Of a stretch of DNA of 64,000 nucleotides, positions 30,613 to 47,771 are shown piece after piece; position 1 is the stretch's first letter; each line of letters starts with the position of its first letter. Below the pieces are notes generated by a model that ran no database searches, had not been told where the DNA came from, and saw nothing but the letters and a program-made list of their open reading frames with translations. This DNA comes from the human T2T-CHM13v2.0 reference genome, Homo sapiens: NCBI RefSeq assembly GCF_009914755.1, contig NC_060929.1; one strand, given 5' to 3'. Both the position numbers and the translations under genes were made by a program.

Positions 30613-30736
30613 CTTGAGGGGTATCCTTAGGAAGAGAATATTTCTTCTTCTTTACAATAACACCTTTATTTTTCACTTGTCTAGTTCCTGGTGATGTTCT
30701 AATAATACAACATATTTCTGATGCATTTGCAGGAAA
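30613..30736 (-). CDS. MEIKIN: MEIKIN penultimate coding exon (FPANASEICCIIRTSPGTRQVKNKGVIVKKKKYSLPKDTPQ + 1 nt)
   Basis: Acceptor TTTTTTCTTTTCCAG|TTT, donor CAAG|GTACTG; 124 nt, phase 0 to 1, open frame, in frame with both neighbours; matches the recalled MEIKIN C-terminal region. Confidence 0.93.
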
Positions 30737-30849
30737 CTGGAAAAGAAAAAAAGCAGATATTGCATAATTCCTCCAAATACTACATTTGTATGTTGCTTTA
30801 TTTCAAATGCAACTAGTCTTAATATCTGTATTTCTTAGATATTAATAAC

Positions 30850-31050
30850 AGCAAGCATTTATTAAATGCTTACTCCACTCCTAACAGTAATTGGTTTTAA
30901 AACATATGTTCATTTAATATTCACAAGAACCAAGCAAGGCAGATTATATTATCTCCATTTTATAAATGAGAAAACAGTTTCAGAGAGATTGACTTACTTA
31001 AGGATAGGGAGTAAGTAATGGTAGAGCTGAGATTCAAGCATGCTGAAGTG
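30850..31050 (-). mobile_element. MIR
   Basis: CATTTATTAAATGCTTAC...CCATTTTATAAATGAGAAAAC...GGTAGAGCTGAGATTCAA. Confidence 0.75.
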
Positions 31051-31192
31051 GGAGAGAAAGTTTGCATGATTTATTGAGTTAAAATCCAAATTTAAATTTA
31101 ACTGAGTTAAACACTAAATTCCTTGATTTTTTACCTCAGGTAATGTTGACAATTTCCCATCAGGCAGATAGTCTCCAGAATAAAAAAATACC

Positions 31193-31360
31193 GGCTGGGT
31201 ACGGTGGCTCACGCCTGTAATTCCAATACCCTGGGAGGCCAATGCAGGAGGATTCCTTGAGGCAGAGGCAGAGGTGGAGGAAGAGGCAGAGGGGGAGGGA
31301 GAGGGGGAGGGAGAGGAGGAGGGACGGGGGAGGGAGGGGGAGGGGGGAAAGGACGGAAAG
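31193..31360 (+). repeat. Alu 5' fragment running into a GA-rich hexamer-like tract
   Basis: GGCTGGGTACGGTGGCTCACGCC... then GAGGCA/GAGGGG/GAGGGA units. Confidence 0.85.
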
Positions 31361-31470
31361 CAATGCCATGTCTTTCAGAAGTGACATATCTTGTTTTTTA
31401 GAATTAAGAAGCAGAGATGTATTTATCCAGGGCTTCTGTTATTTTAAATAAAGTCTATATAGAAACTTCC

Positions 31471-36060
<4,590 letters not shown>

Positions 36061-36090
36061 CAAGGATGAACAAGCAACCAAAAACTATCA

Positions 36091-36420
<330 letters not shown>

Positions 36421-36774
36421 AATAACCAGGAATGGAAAGAAGATTTGAAAAAGAACCAGAATTTCTTGAAATGAAAAAGTTTTTGAAATAAAAAATTCAG
36501 CGAAAGGCTTAAGAAGCAGAATAGATAGATAAAGAAAGAATTAGTAAGGAAATTGCCCAGACTATAACAAATAAATGAAAAATATTGAACAGAGGTTCAA
36601 CGATATGGAGGATAGAATGCAACCTAACATATAACTACCATTCCAGAGAGAATATAATAAATAATAGCTGAAAATTTTCCCAAATTAATGAAAGACATGA
36701 ATCCACAGATTTAGGAAGCCCAATCCCAAGAAAAATTAGAATATACAAAGAACAGCAAACAAAATTAATAATCA

Positions 36775-37075
36775 AGCCAGGTGCAGTGGCTTACACCTGT
36801 AAACCCAGTACTTTGAGAGGCTGAGGTGAGAGGATCACTTGAGTCCAGGAGTTCAAAGCCAAGCTGGGTAATATAGGGAGACTTCATTTTACTGAAAAAA
36901 AAAGAAGAAGAAGAAGAAGAAGAAGCTGGGCATGGTGGCATGCATCTGTAGTCCCAGCCACTCAAGAGGCTAAGGTGGGAGGATCACTTTAACCCAGGAG
37001 GTCAAGGATACGGTGATCCATGATCTTACCACTGCACTCCAGCCTGGGTGACAGAGTGAGACCCTGTCTTAAAAT
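36775..37075 (+). mobile_element. AluJ with (GAA)n in the linker
   Basis: Full dimer; about 7 GAA units at 36902-36925. Confidence 0.9.
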
Positions 37076-37173
37076 AATAATCATCATCATCCACTTATGT
37101 ACACATTCCAGTAAAATTATAGCACACCCCAAACAAAGAGACCTTAACAAAATCCAGAAAGAAAAGATATATG

Positions 37174-37710
37174 TGTCAGGCCCCAAGACCACTCTCAGGT
37201 TCAGTGATTTGCTAGGACTCATAGGATTCAGAAAAGCTGTTATACTCAGGGTTACAGTTTATTACAGCAAAAGGATACAGATTAAAATTGGCAAAGGGAA
37301 AAGACATAGGGCCAAAACAAGGAGCAGTTGTCCTCCAGTGGAGTCACATGGTCAGCACTTAATTCTCCCATGTGCAAAGCGGAAGCTCAGTGAGGCTTGA
37401 GGTCAGGGTTTCTATTTGGGGTCAGTCACACAGGCATGTAGTTCCTTCATGACAGACCTCAGCTACTCAGCCCCCAGAGGTCAAACAGACACAGTGTGGA
37501 CCAAAACCTCCGGCATCAAAAACAAGTATTTACCATAAACCACATTGTTTGCATAAACTATCTGGCAAGGCCCAAGACCTCAGGCATACAGACATTCCTA
37601 AGAAGCAGAATACTCCAAGGACTCAGAGGTTATCTCCCAGGAGCCTGGCCACAGGACAGTCCTAAGGACCTTGGGAATGTGCAAGCCTGCTGAGTTAACC
37701 CTTTCCTGCA
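37174..37710 (-). mobile_element. ERVL-class LTR (MER21/MER77-like)
   Basis: TGTCAGG.CCCCAAGACCAC...GGTTCAGTGATTTGCTAG...TTTATTACAGCAAAAGGATACAG; exact family and strand uncertain. Confidence 0.6.
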
Positions 37711-37935
37711 TACATACAAGGCAATGACAATTATACTATTAGGACAACTGTAACTGCCACATGTAAGTCAAAAGACAGTGGAATGATACCATCAAAGAGC
37801 AGAGAGAAAATGACTGTCAACTTAGAAATGTGTACCAAGAAAAACTATCTTTCAAGAATAAAGGCAAATTAAAGGCATTTTTTAAAAACTAACACAATCT
37901 ACCACCAAAGACCTTCACTAAATAACCTAATCTAA

Positions 37936-38103
<168 letters not shown>

Positions 38104-38421
38104 TGAATTTCAAAATGAAGAAAAATGATCTGAGACGGTTGTCCTAAGAGGCAAGAATAAAAGGTTATTAAATTTAAATATATGTAATATAAACAAACAT
38201 TGTCTAAATAATAGCAATAATGCTGATTATTATAATTTGGGGTGAAAGAAAAGACAGAACCAAAATACTGTAAAACAAAAATATGTAAGTTGGGAGTGGA
38301 TGATTGAACTTAAAAGTACTGTAAGGTCCTTATATTTTTTGCCAACAAAGTTGAGTTATTGTTCATTTTTAGACATTACTAACTTAAATATACCTCGTAA
38401 AATTTCAAGAGTAGCCATGAT

Positions 38422-38793
38422 TGATAGAGTTTGGCTCTGTGTCCCACCCAAATCTCATCTTGAATTATAACCTAAATTATAATCCCATGTTGGAAGAGGG
38501 ACCTAGTGAGAGATGACTGGATCCTGGAGGCAGTTTCCCCCATGCTGTTCTTGTGATAGTGAGTGAGTTCTCATGAGATTTGGTTGATACGTGTGTGGCA
38601 CTTCCCCTGCGCTCTCTCTTTCCTGCCACCTTGTGAAGAAGGTACCTGCTTCCCCTTCACCTTCCACCATGATTGTAAGTTTCCTAAGGCCTCCCCAGCC
38701 ATGCAGAACAGTGAGTCAATTAAACCTCTTTTCTTTATAAATTACCTGGTCTCAGGTAGTATCCTTATAGCAGTGTGAGAATGGACTTATACA
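38422..38793 (+). mobile_element. MaLR solo LTR (THE1D/MSTA-like)
   Basis: TGATA...TACA ends; 5-bp TSD ATGAT. Confidence 0.9.
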
Positions 38794-38865
38794 ATGATAA
38801 GAAACAAAATAGAAAGTATTAGTTTCAAATCAGTAGGGGAAAGAAGTGAAATGGAAAAAGTTAAT

Positions 38866-39155
38866 TTTTTTTTAAATTTTTAAGAGTTTCACTGTGTTGC
38901 CCAGGTTAGAATGACACAATCATGGCTTACTGCAGCCTCAAACTCCTGGGGTCAAGTGATCCTCCCATCTCAGCCTTCTGAGTAGCTAGGACTACAGGCA
39001 TGTGCCACAATGCCTGGCTAATTATTTTTCCTTTTGTAGAGACAGGGTCTCTCTATGTTGACCAGGCTGGTTCTGAACTCCTGGCCTCAAGCAATCCTCC
39101 AGTTTTAGCCTCCCAAAGTGCTGAGATTACAAGTGTGAGACATCATGACCAGCCA
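38866..39155 (-). mobile_element. AluJ
   Basis: Diverged dimer. Confidence 0.88.
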
Positions 39156-39771
39156 AAATTGTTTTTTTCAATGAATCAAAAATTGTTAAGAAGAAAAGAG
39201 AGGCATACAAAAAAAACTGGATGAAAGGAAATAATAATTATGATCACAGAAATAAGTCCAAATGTATCAATAATCACAGTACATATAAATGGACTAAATT
39301 TGAAAGTTAAAAGACAGAGCTTGTCAGACTGGAAAGCTATTTACAAGAGACCTACCATAAACATAAGGCTATGAGAAGGTTGAAAATAAAAGGGTAGAAA
39401 AAGATATACCAAGGAAATATGTAAAGAAAAGTGGGATAACTATATAGCAGACAAAACAGAATTCAAGACAAAAGAAAACATTATTAGAAACAGAAAGGCT
39501 TGCTAAAGAATGAAAACAGGTTCAGTACACCAGAAAAGCATAACAATCATAAACATGCATGGAATAAATAAAAGAGCTTTAAAATACATAAAGCAAAAAT
39601 TTATAGATCTATAGGAAGAAAGTAATAAATCTACCATCGTAATAGTGGCTAATTTCAACACATTATCAACAATTACAGAATAAACATTACTTTCAAACAC
39701 ACGCAACATATAATAAAAATTGACCATGTATTAGGCTGTATTGCAACTATCAATAAATTCCAAAATAATTT

Positions 39772-39921
39772 GCCAGGCATGGTGGTGCATGACTGTGGTC
39801 CCAGCTACTCAGGACGGCTGAGGTGGGAGGATCACTTGAGCCCAGGAGTTTGAGGCCGTGAACATGCCACTGCACTCCAGCCTGGGTGACAGAGCAAGAC
39901 CCTGTCTCAAAAAAAAAAAAA
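39772..39921 (+). mobile_element. Alu right arm
   Basis: Right monomer plus A tail. Confidence 0.85.
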
Positions 39922-40035
39922 ATTAAGATTAGAAGATGTAGTAACCATGAAATAGTGAAGTACCCAGAGAACAAAAAAGAGCTCCTATACATTAAAAATA
40001 TTATTGCATAGTACAAAAGGTTTAATATAAGATTT

Positions 40036-40333
40036 GTTTTGAGACACATCTGGCTCTGTCGCCCAGGCTGGAATGCAGTGGCACGATCTCACAATCTTGG
40101 CTCACTGCAATCTCTGCCCCTCTCCGGGTTCAAGTCATCCTCCCATCTCAGCCTCCTGAGTAGCTGGGACTATAGGCACACACCATCATGCCCAGCTAAT
40201 TTTTGTATTTTTTTTAGAGAGGGGATTTCACCATGTTGCCCAGGCTGGTCTTGAACTCCTGAGCTCAAGCGATTTGCCTGCCTTTGACCTCCCAAAGTGC
40301 TGGGATTACAGGCGTGAGCCACTGTGCCTGGCC
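40036..40333 (-). mobile_element. AluJ/S
   Basis: Full dimer; TSD TAATATAAGATTTG. Confidence 0.9.
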
Positions 40334-41488
40334 TAATATAAGATTTGGAAGATAAAATTGAGGAAATCTTCCAGAGAATAGAACAAAATGACAAAAGGTT
40401 TTTAGAAGAAGATAGGAAGCTAAGAAGGCCAATACAGGAAGCCCAATCTCCATATAACAGATGCTCAAAAAAAGAAAGAAGTAGAGATTATCAATAAAAT
40501 GATTTTTAAAATTTCCCCAAACCAAGGTGCTTATTTTTCCAAATTAAAAGAATCCACCATGTTCTACCACATTATATAGAAAAAGACTCATATTAAAGCA
40601 CATTTCAAAGAATCCATACCAGGTATGCAACACTTTCTCTGACCTTGATGTAATTAAGTTGGAAGTGAAAAACAAATATATGTTAAAAGTCTTCATGCAC
40701 TCAGAATTTCTAAAATCCACATTTCTAAGGAACTCCTGGGTCAAACAAAAAGTCATAATGCAATTTAAAACTACATAAACCCAAATAATACTGAAATTAT
40801 AACCTATCAAACTTGTTGGATAAAGCTAAACCAGTACTAAGCAATGTATAAAATAAGCTGAAAGAAAATAGAAGGAAAAAGTCAATAAAAATAAAAGCAG
40901 AAACCACTGAAGCACATCATCATAAAATATCAGAATACAAGGGACAAGGAGAAGATCCCTCTAGCTTCCACAGAGAAATAGTTGATCATTATAAAGGAGC
41001 AGAAATCAACATGGCTTCTCAAAGCAACACTGGAAGCTAGAACTACAATAAAGTTATGCTGAAAAAATTATAAAGAAAATTATTTCCACCTAAAATTCTA
41101 GCCAACTTAAATAATCAATCAAATATGAAGATGAAATAAAAACATTTTCAGTCATGAAAAGTCTCAAACAATTTCTATAACATGTACCCTTTCATAGGAA
41201 GCCAATGGAAGATTAGCTCCTAAACTAAGGCAAAAAGAGAAAGCCATGGCATGGGGAAAACAGAAGATTGGCAAAGTGAGTTCCCAGGATGATGGTACGA
41301 GGAGATCCTAGGATGGGGCACAGAGAGCAATAGCACCCTATGGGAGAACAGGTAAGAATGCTCTAGGAGAGACTTCCTTAGTAAATTGAAATGTGTGGTA
41401 AATTTGGTGAATCTGAAGATCTAGAGAGGCAATATAGGCAATCGGCAAAGAGTTTAGGAGGGACTAAACAGAAAAATAAAAAAAACAA

Positions 41489-41868
41489 GTGTTATGGGTT
41501 GAATTGTGTTCTCCTCCCAAAAAATATGTTGAAGTCCTAACCCCCAGTACTTGTGAAGGTGACCTTATTTGGAAATAGGGTCTCTGCAGACTTAATCAAG
41601 TTAAGATCACAAAGACAAAGGGGGAAGACAGTCATGTGAAGATGGGAAGTAGATATTGGAGTTATGCTGCCACAAGACAAGAAATGCCTGAGTTTAACAG
41701 AAGATAGAAGAAAGTGCCTCCCCTAATGGCTGTGGAGGAAGCATGGCCCTGCCAACACCTTGATTTCAGACCTCTGGCCTCAGGAAATGAGATAATAGAT
41801 TTCTGTTGTTTTAAGAAGCCACCTAGTTTGTGGTTCTTTGTTACAGCATCTTTAAAGCATTAATGTAA
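41489..41868 (+). mobile_element. MLT1 (A/B/C-like) MaLR LTR
   Basis: TGTTATGGGTTGAATTGTGT...GAAGTCCTAACCCCCAGTAC...CCCTGCCAACACCTTGATTTCAGAC...TTTGTTACAGCA. Confidence 0.85.
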
Positions 41869-41977
41869 GAAGTAAACAAGATAATAATTTACTCTAGGAG
41901 AAACACACAAAAAAATGGTCACAGTTTACTGTATGCCATAAATTGGGTAGAATCTCCACTGATTTTAAGATTTATGA

Positions 41978-42319
<342 letters not shown>

Positions 42320-42717
42320 CTATTTGCATTACAAAAGAAAGTAAATGAAACTAGGCAATGATTGGAGATATAACAGAAAATGAGTTTAACACATTTTCAA
42401 AAGAAAAATATCTGCTCAGCAAGATTCTCATCGTCCTTTTGGTTATAAACTTTGTCACCTGACCACAGAAGTAAGCAAGTGACCCAGGATTAGCCAATTA
42501 TAGTTTACCATTTCCCTGGCAATGACAATTGGTCCAAAATGTAGGCATGTGAAAAAGTCAAAGCTAACTGGAGCCCTTAACCAGAACTGAAAAACATACA
42601 CACCTAGAAAGAAAGCTCTCCCCTTCAATCTAGACTGTGACAAAGTAAGCCACAAGAGATGAGTGGAAGTCTGTTTCTTGGGTGGAAGCCCAAGAAAATG
42701 AAGCCAATCAAAGATAG

Positions 42718-43053
<336 letters not shown>

Positions 43054-43137
43054 TGAAGAGGACTTTCTAACAAGATCCACTAAAGTTTGGATTCATCACT
43101 CTCCTTCCCATTTATATGAGTCAATAAATCCTCTTTT

Positions 43138-43450
43138 GGCCAGGCATGGTGGCTCACACCTGTAATTCCAACACTTTGGGAGGCCAAGGCAGTAAGACTG
43201 CTTGAGGTCAGGAGTTTGAGACCAGTCTGGGCAACAAAGTAAGACTGCTGTCTCAACAACAAAAAAAAAATTAAAAATTAGCCAGTTGTGGTGCCACATG
43301 CTTGTAGTCCTAGCTACTCAGGAGGCTGAAGTGGGGAGATTGCTTAAGCCCAGGAGTTTGAGATTACAGTGAACTATATCACACCACTGTATTACAGCCG
43401 GGGTGACAGAGCAACAACGTGTCTCAATCAATCAATCAATCAATCAATCA
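43138..43450 (+). mobile_element. AluJ with (TCAA)n tail
   Basis: Full dimer; TSD AGTCAATAAATCCTC. Confidence 0.9.
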
Positions 43451-43520
43451 GGAAGTCAATAAATCCTCCTACACTTTTTATTTTTGGCTTACACTATTTG
43501 AGTTTTTTTGTGATTGTAAC

Positions 43521-45690
43521 TGTATTAGTCTGTTTTCATGCTGCTGATAAAGACATACCCGAGACTGGGAAGAAAAACAGGTTTAACTGGACTTACAGTG
43601 CCACATGGCTGGGGAGGCCTCAGAATCATCGCAGGAGGTGAAAGGCACTTCTTACATGGTGACAGCAAGAGAAAATGAGGAAGAAAACAAATGCAGAAAC
43701 CCCTGATAAACTCATCAGATCTTGTGAGGCTTATTCACTATCACAAGAACAGCATAGGAAAGACTGGCCCCCATGATTCAATTACCTCCCCTGGGTCCCT
43801 TCCACAACACATGGGAATTCTGGGAGATACAATTTGAGATTTGGGTGGGGACACAGCCAAACCATATCATTCCACCCCTGGCCCCTCCAAATCTCATGTC
43901 CTCACATTTCAAAGCCAATCATGCCTTCCCAACAGTCCCCCGAAGTCTTAACTCATTTCAGCCAAAAGTCCACAGTCCACAGTCTCATCTGAGACAAGGC
44001 AAGTCCCTTCCGCCTATGAGCCTCTAAAATCAAAAGAAACTAGTTACTTCCTAGATACAATGGGGGTACAGGTATTGGGTAAGTACAGCCATTCTAAATG
44101 GGAGAAATTGGCCAAAACAAATGGGTTACAGGGCCCATGCAAGTCTGAAATCCAGCAGGGTAGTCAAATTTTAAAGTTCCAACATGATATTTTTTTTGAC
44201 TCCAGGTCTCACATCTAGGTCACACTGATGCAAAAGGTGGGTTCTCATGGTCTTGGGCAGCTCCACCCCTGTGGCTTTGCAGGGTACAACCTCCCTCCTG
44301 GATGCTTTCATGGGCTGGTGTTGAGTGTCTGTGGCTTTTCTAGGTGCACGGTGCAAGCTGTCAGTGGTTCTACCGTTCTGAGGTCTGGAGGACAGTGGCC
44401 CTTTTCTCACAGCTCCAGTAGGCAGTGCCTCAGCAGGGACTTTGTATGGGGACTCCAACCCCACATTTCCCTTCTGCACTGCCCTAGCAGTGAGAAACCC
44501 GCCCTTGCAGCAAAATTCTGCCTGGGCATCCAGGCATTTCCATATATCTTTTTAAATCTAAGAAGAGGTTCCCAAACCTCAATTCTTGACTTCTGTGCAC
44601 CCACAGGCTCAATACCATGTGGAAGCTGCCAAGCTTGAGGCTTGCATCATCTGAAGCCATGGCCCAAGCTCTGCGTTCACCCCTTTCAGCCAGAGCTAGA
44701 GTGGCGAGGATGCAGGGCACCAAGCCTCTAGGCTGCACACAGCATGGGGATCCTGGGCCTGGCCCAGAAAACCACTTTTTCCTCCTAGGCCTCCAGGCCT
44801 GTGATGGGAGGGGCTGCTTTGGAGACCTCCAACATGCCCTGGAGACATTTTCCCCATTGTCTTGGGGATTAACATTTGGATCCTCATTACTTCTGCAAAT
44901 TTCTGCAGCCAGCTTGAATTTCTCCTCAGAGAATGGGATTTTCCTTTCTATCAAACTGTAAGGCTGCAAAATTTTCAAACTTTTATGCCGTTTCTCTTTT
45001 AAAACAGAATGCTTTTAATAGCACCCAAGTCACCTCCTGAATGCTTTGCTGCTTAGAAATTTCTTCTGCCAGATACCCTAAATCATCTCTCTCAAGTTCA
45101 ACGTTCCATAAATTTCTAGGGTAGGGGCAAAATGCTGCCAGTATCCTTGCTAATTTGCTAAAACATAACAAGAGTCACCTTTGCTCTAGTTCCCAACAAG
45201 TTCCTCATCTCCATCTGAGACCACCTCAGCCTGGACCTTATTGTTTATATTGCAATCAACATTTTTGTCAAAGCCACTCAACAAGTCTCTAGAAAGTTCC
45301 AAACTTTCTCACATTTTCCTGTCTTCTTCTGAGACCTCAAAACTGTTCCAACTTCTGCCTGATACCCAGTTCCAAAGTTGCTTCCACATTTTTGGTTTAA
45401 TTGGACTAACAGTTCCACATGGCTTGGGAGGCCTCAGAATCATAACAGGAGGCGAAAAGCACTTCTTACATGGCAGCAGCAAGAGAAAATGAGGAAGAAG
45501 CAAATGTGGAAACCCCTGATAAACCCATCAGATCTTCTGAGGCTTATTCACTATCACGAGTATAGCATGGGAAAGACAAGCCCCCATGATTCAATTACCT
45601 CCCAATGGGTCCCTCCCAGACAACATATGGGAATTCTGAGACATACAATTCAAGTTGAGATTTGGGTGGGGACACAGCCAAACCATATCA
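43521..45690 (-). mobile_element. Two-LTR THE1C MaLR provirus
   Basis: 3' LTR 43521-43869, internal region to ~45390, partly deleted 5' LTR ~45394-45690; 5-bp TSD GTAAC on both sides. Confidence 0.92.
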
Positions 45691-46059
45691 GTAACCAAAG
45701 AAACCTCTGAAATATAACAATAAATTAATGTCTACCAAGCTCTACGAAGAAAATGTTTGTAAAATGTTTATCTTTCCTTTGTTTCTACACAGATATTCTC
45801 AGATAATAAAAACTCCAAAAATTAATCACTGCATTCTTCATGAAAACCTTGTCTTCAGACACACTCTACCTACCTAAGAAATAAGTAAAAGTTAACAACT
45901 AAAAAATGAGAGAGCTATGATGAAAGATAACTGGTAGTGGATACTAAAACAAACAGTTTTACATGTTAATAATGGCTGTACAAAACTGACTGCAAATATT
46001 TTGGTTTGGAAGGAGAGGTGTACTAAGTGTCCACTGTATTTTATTTATAATCACCATTT

Positions 46060-47460
46060 TATTTTTTCCAGCTTTTCTCAGGTATAATTGACAAATAAAA
46101 ATTGCATATATTCAAGGTGTACGTGATTTGATATACACATACATTGTGTAAGAAGTACCACAATCAAATTAACACATCCATCAACACACAGCTTCCCTTT
46201 TTTGTTTGTGGTAAGAACATTTCAAATATGTTCTCTTATTATATTTCAAGTAAACAATTCACTGTTATTAACTATAGCCACCATGCTGTACATTAGATTC
46301 CCAGAACATACACATTTTATAACTAAAAGTTGGTACCCTTTGACCAGCATCTCTCCATTTCCCCCAGCCCCAGCCCCTGTCAACCACCATTCTACTCTCT
46401 GCTTCTGTGTGACATTTTTATATTCCACATATAAGTGAGATCATACAGTATTTGTCATTGTATGTGTGGCTTATTTCACTTAGCATACTGTCATCCAGGT
46501 TCATACATGTCACCTTTCTTCTTTTCTAATAGCTGATTGGCAAATGTATGTCACATTTTCTTTATCCATTAATCTGTCAATGGACACTTGTGTTGTTCTC
46601 ATATCTTGACTATTGTAAATATTGCTGCAATAAACACGGGAGTGCAGATATCTCTTTGAGATACCGATTTCATTTCCCTTGAATATATACACAAAGTTGA
46701 AATTACTGGAACCTATATTTTTAATTTTTTGAGGAACCCCCATCCTTTTTTCCATAACAATGATACCAATTTAAATTCATATCAGCAGTGTACAAGGGTT
46801 CCATTTCCCTACACTCTTGCCTATACTTTTTAATCTGTTGCTTTTAAAATAAGCAATTCTAACAGGTATGAGGTCATCTCTCATTGTAGTTTTGATTTGA
46901 ATTTCCCTGATTAGTGATGTTGAGCTCTTCATATAAGTGTTGGCCATTTGTATGTCTTTTTTGGAGAAATGGCAATTCAGGTCCTTTGAGCATTTTTTAA
47001 TCTAGCTATTTGGTTTTTTGCTAGAGTTTTGTGTTCCATATATATATGTGTATATATATGTGTGTGTATATATATATGTGTTTATATATATGTGTATATA
47101 TATGTATATATGTGTATATATATGATATATGATATCAACTCCTTATCAGATATGTGGTTTGCAAATATTTTCTAACATTCTATAGGTGTGTATTCATCAC
47201 GTTGTTTTCTTTGCTGCACTGAAGCCTTTTTATTCAATGTAGTCCAGAATGTTTATATTTGCTTTTGTTGCCTGTGCTTTTGGTGTCATATCCAAGAAAT
47301 CACTGCTAAGACCAGTATCAAGAGGCTTTTTCCCTATCTTTTGTTTCAGGAGTTTTATTATGATTTCAGGTCTTACATTTAAGTCTTTAATCCATTTTGA
47401 GTTAATTTTTCTATATGGTGTACTTCTAGGCACTCTGTTCTGTTTCATTGGTGTATATAT
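46060..47460 (-). mobile_element. L1MA-type 3' portion (resumes at ~53313-54720)
   Basis: L1MA-like 3'UTR and ORF2 [19 protein letters not shown]...[11 protein letters not shown]. Confidence 0.88.
47038..47135. repeat. (TA)n/(TG)n compound microsatellite
   Basis: Alternating TATA/TGTG run. Confidence 0.9.
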
Positions 47461-47465
47461 CTGTC

Positions 47466-47762
47466 TTTTTTTTTGTTTTTTGAGACGGAGTCTCGCTCTG
47501 TTACCCAGGCTGGAGTGCAGTGGTGCAATCTTGGCTCACTGCAAGTTCCATCTCCCGAGTTCACGCCATTCTCCTGCCTCAGCCTCCTGAGTAGCTGGGA
47601 CTACAGGTGCCTGCCACCAGGCCTGGCTAATTTTTTGTATTTTTAGTAGAGACGGGGTTTCACTGTGTTAGCCAGGATGGTCTCAATCTCCTGACCTTGT
47701 CATCTGCCTGCCTCGGCCTCCCAAAGTGCTGGGATTATAGGCGTGAGCCACCATGCCCAGCC
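47466..47762 (-). mobile_element. AluY/Sc-like
   Basis: Full dimer; TSD AT(A/G)TCTGTCTTTT. Confidence 0.93.
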
Positions 47763-47771
47763 ATGTCTGTC

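Noticed and set aside
31193-31360. SVA element (hexamer plus Alu-like domain)
   Set aside because: There is no VNTR or SINE-R, the hexamers are irregular and the Alu part is an ordinary 5' end.
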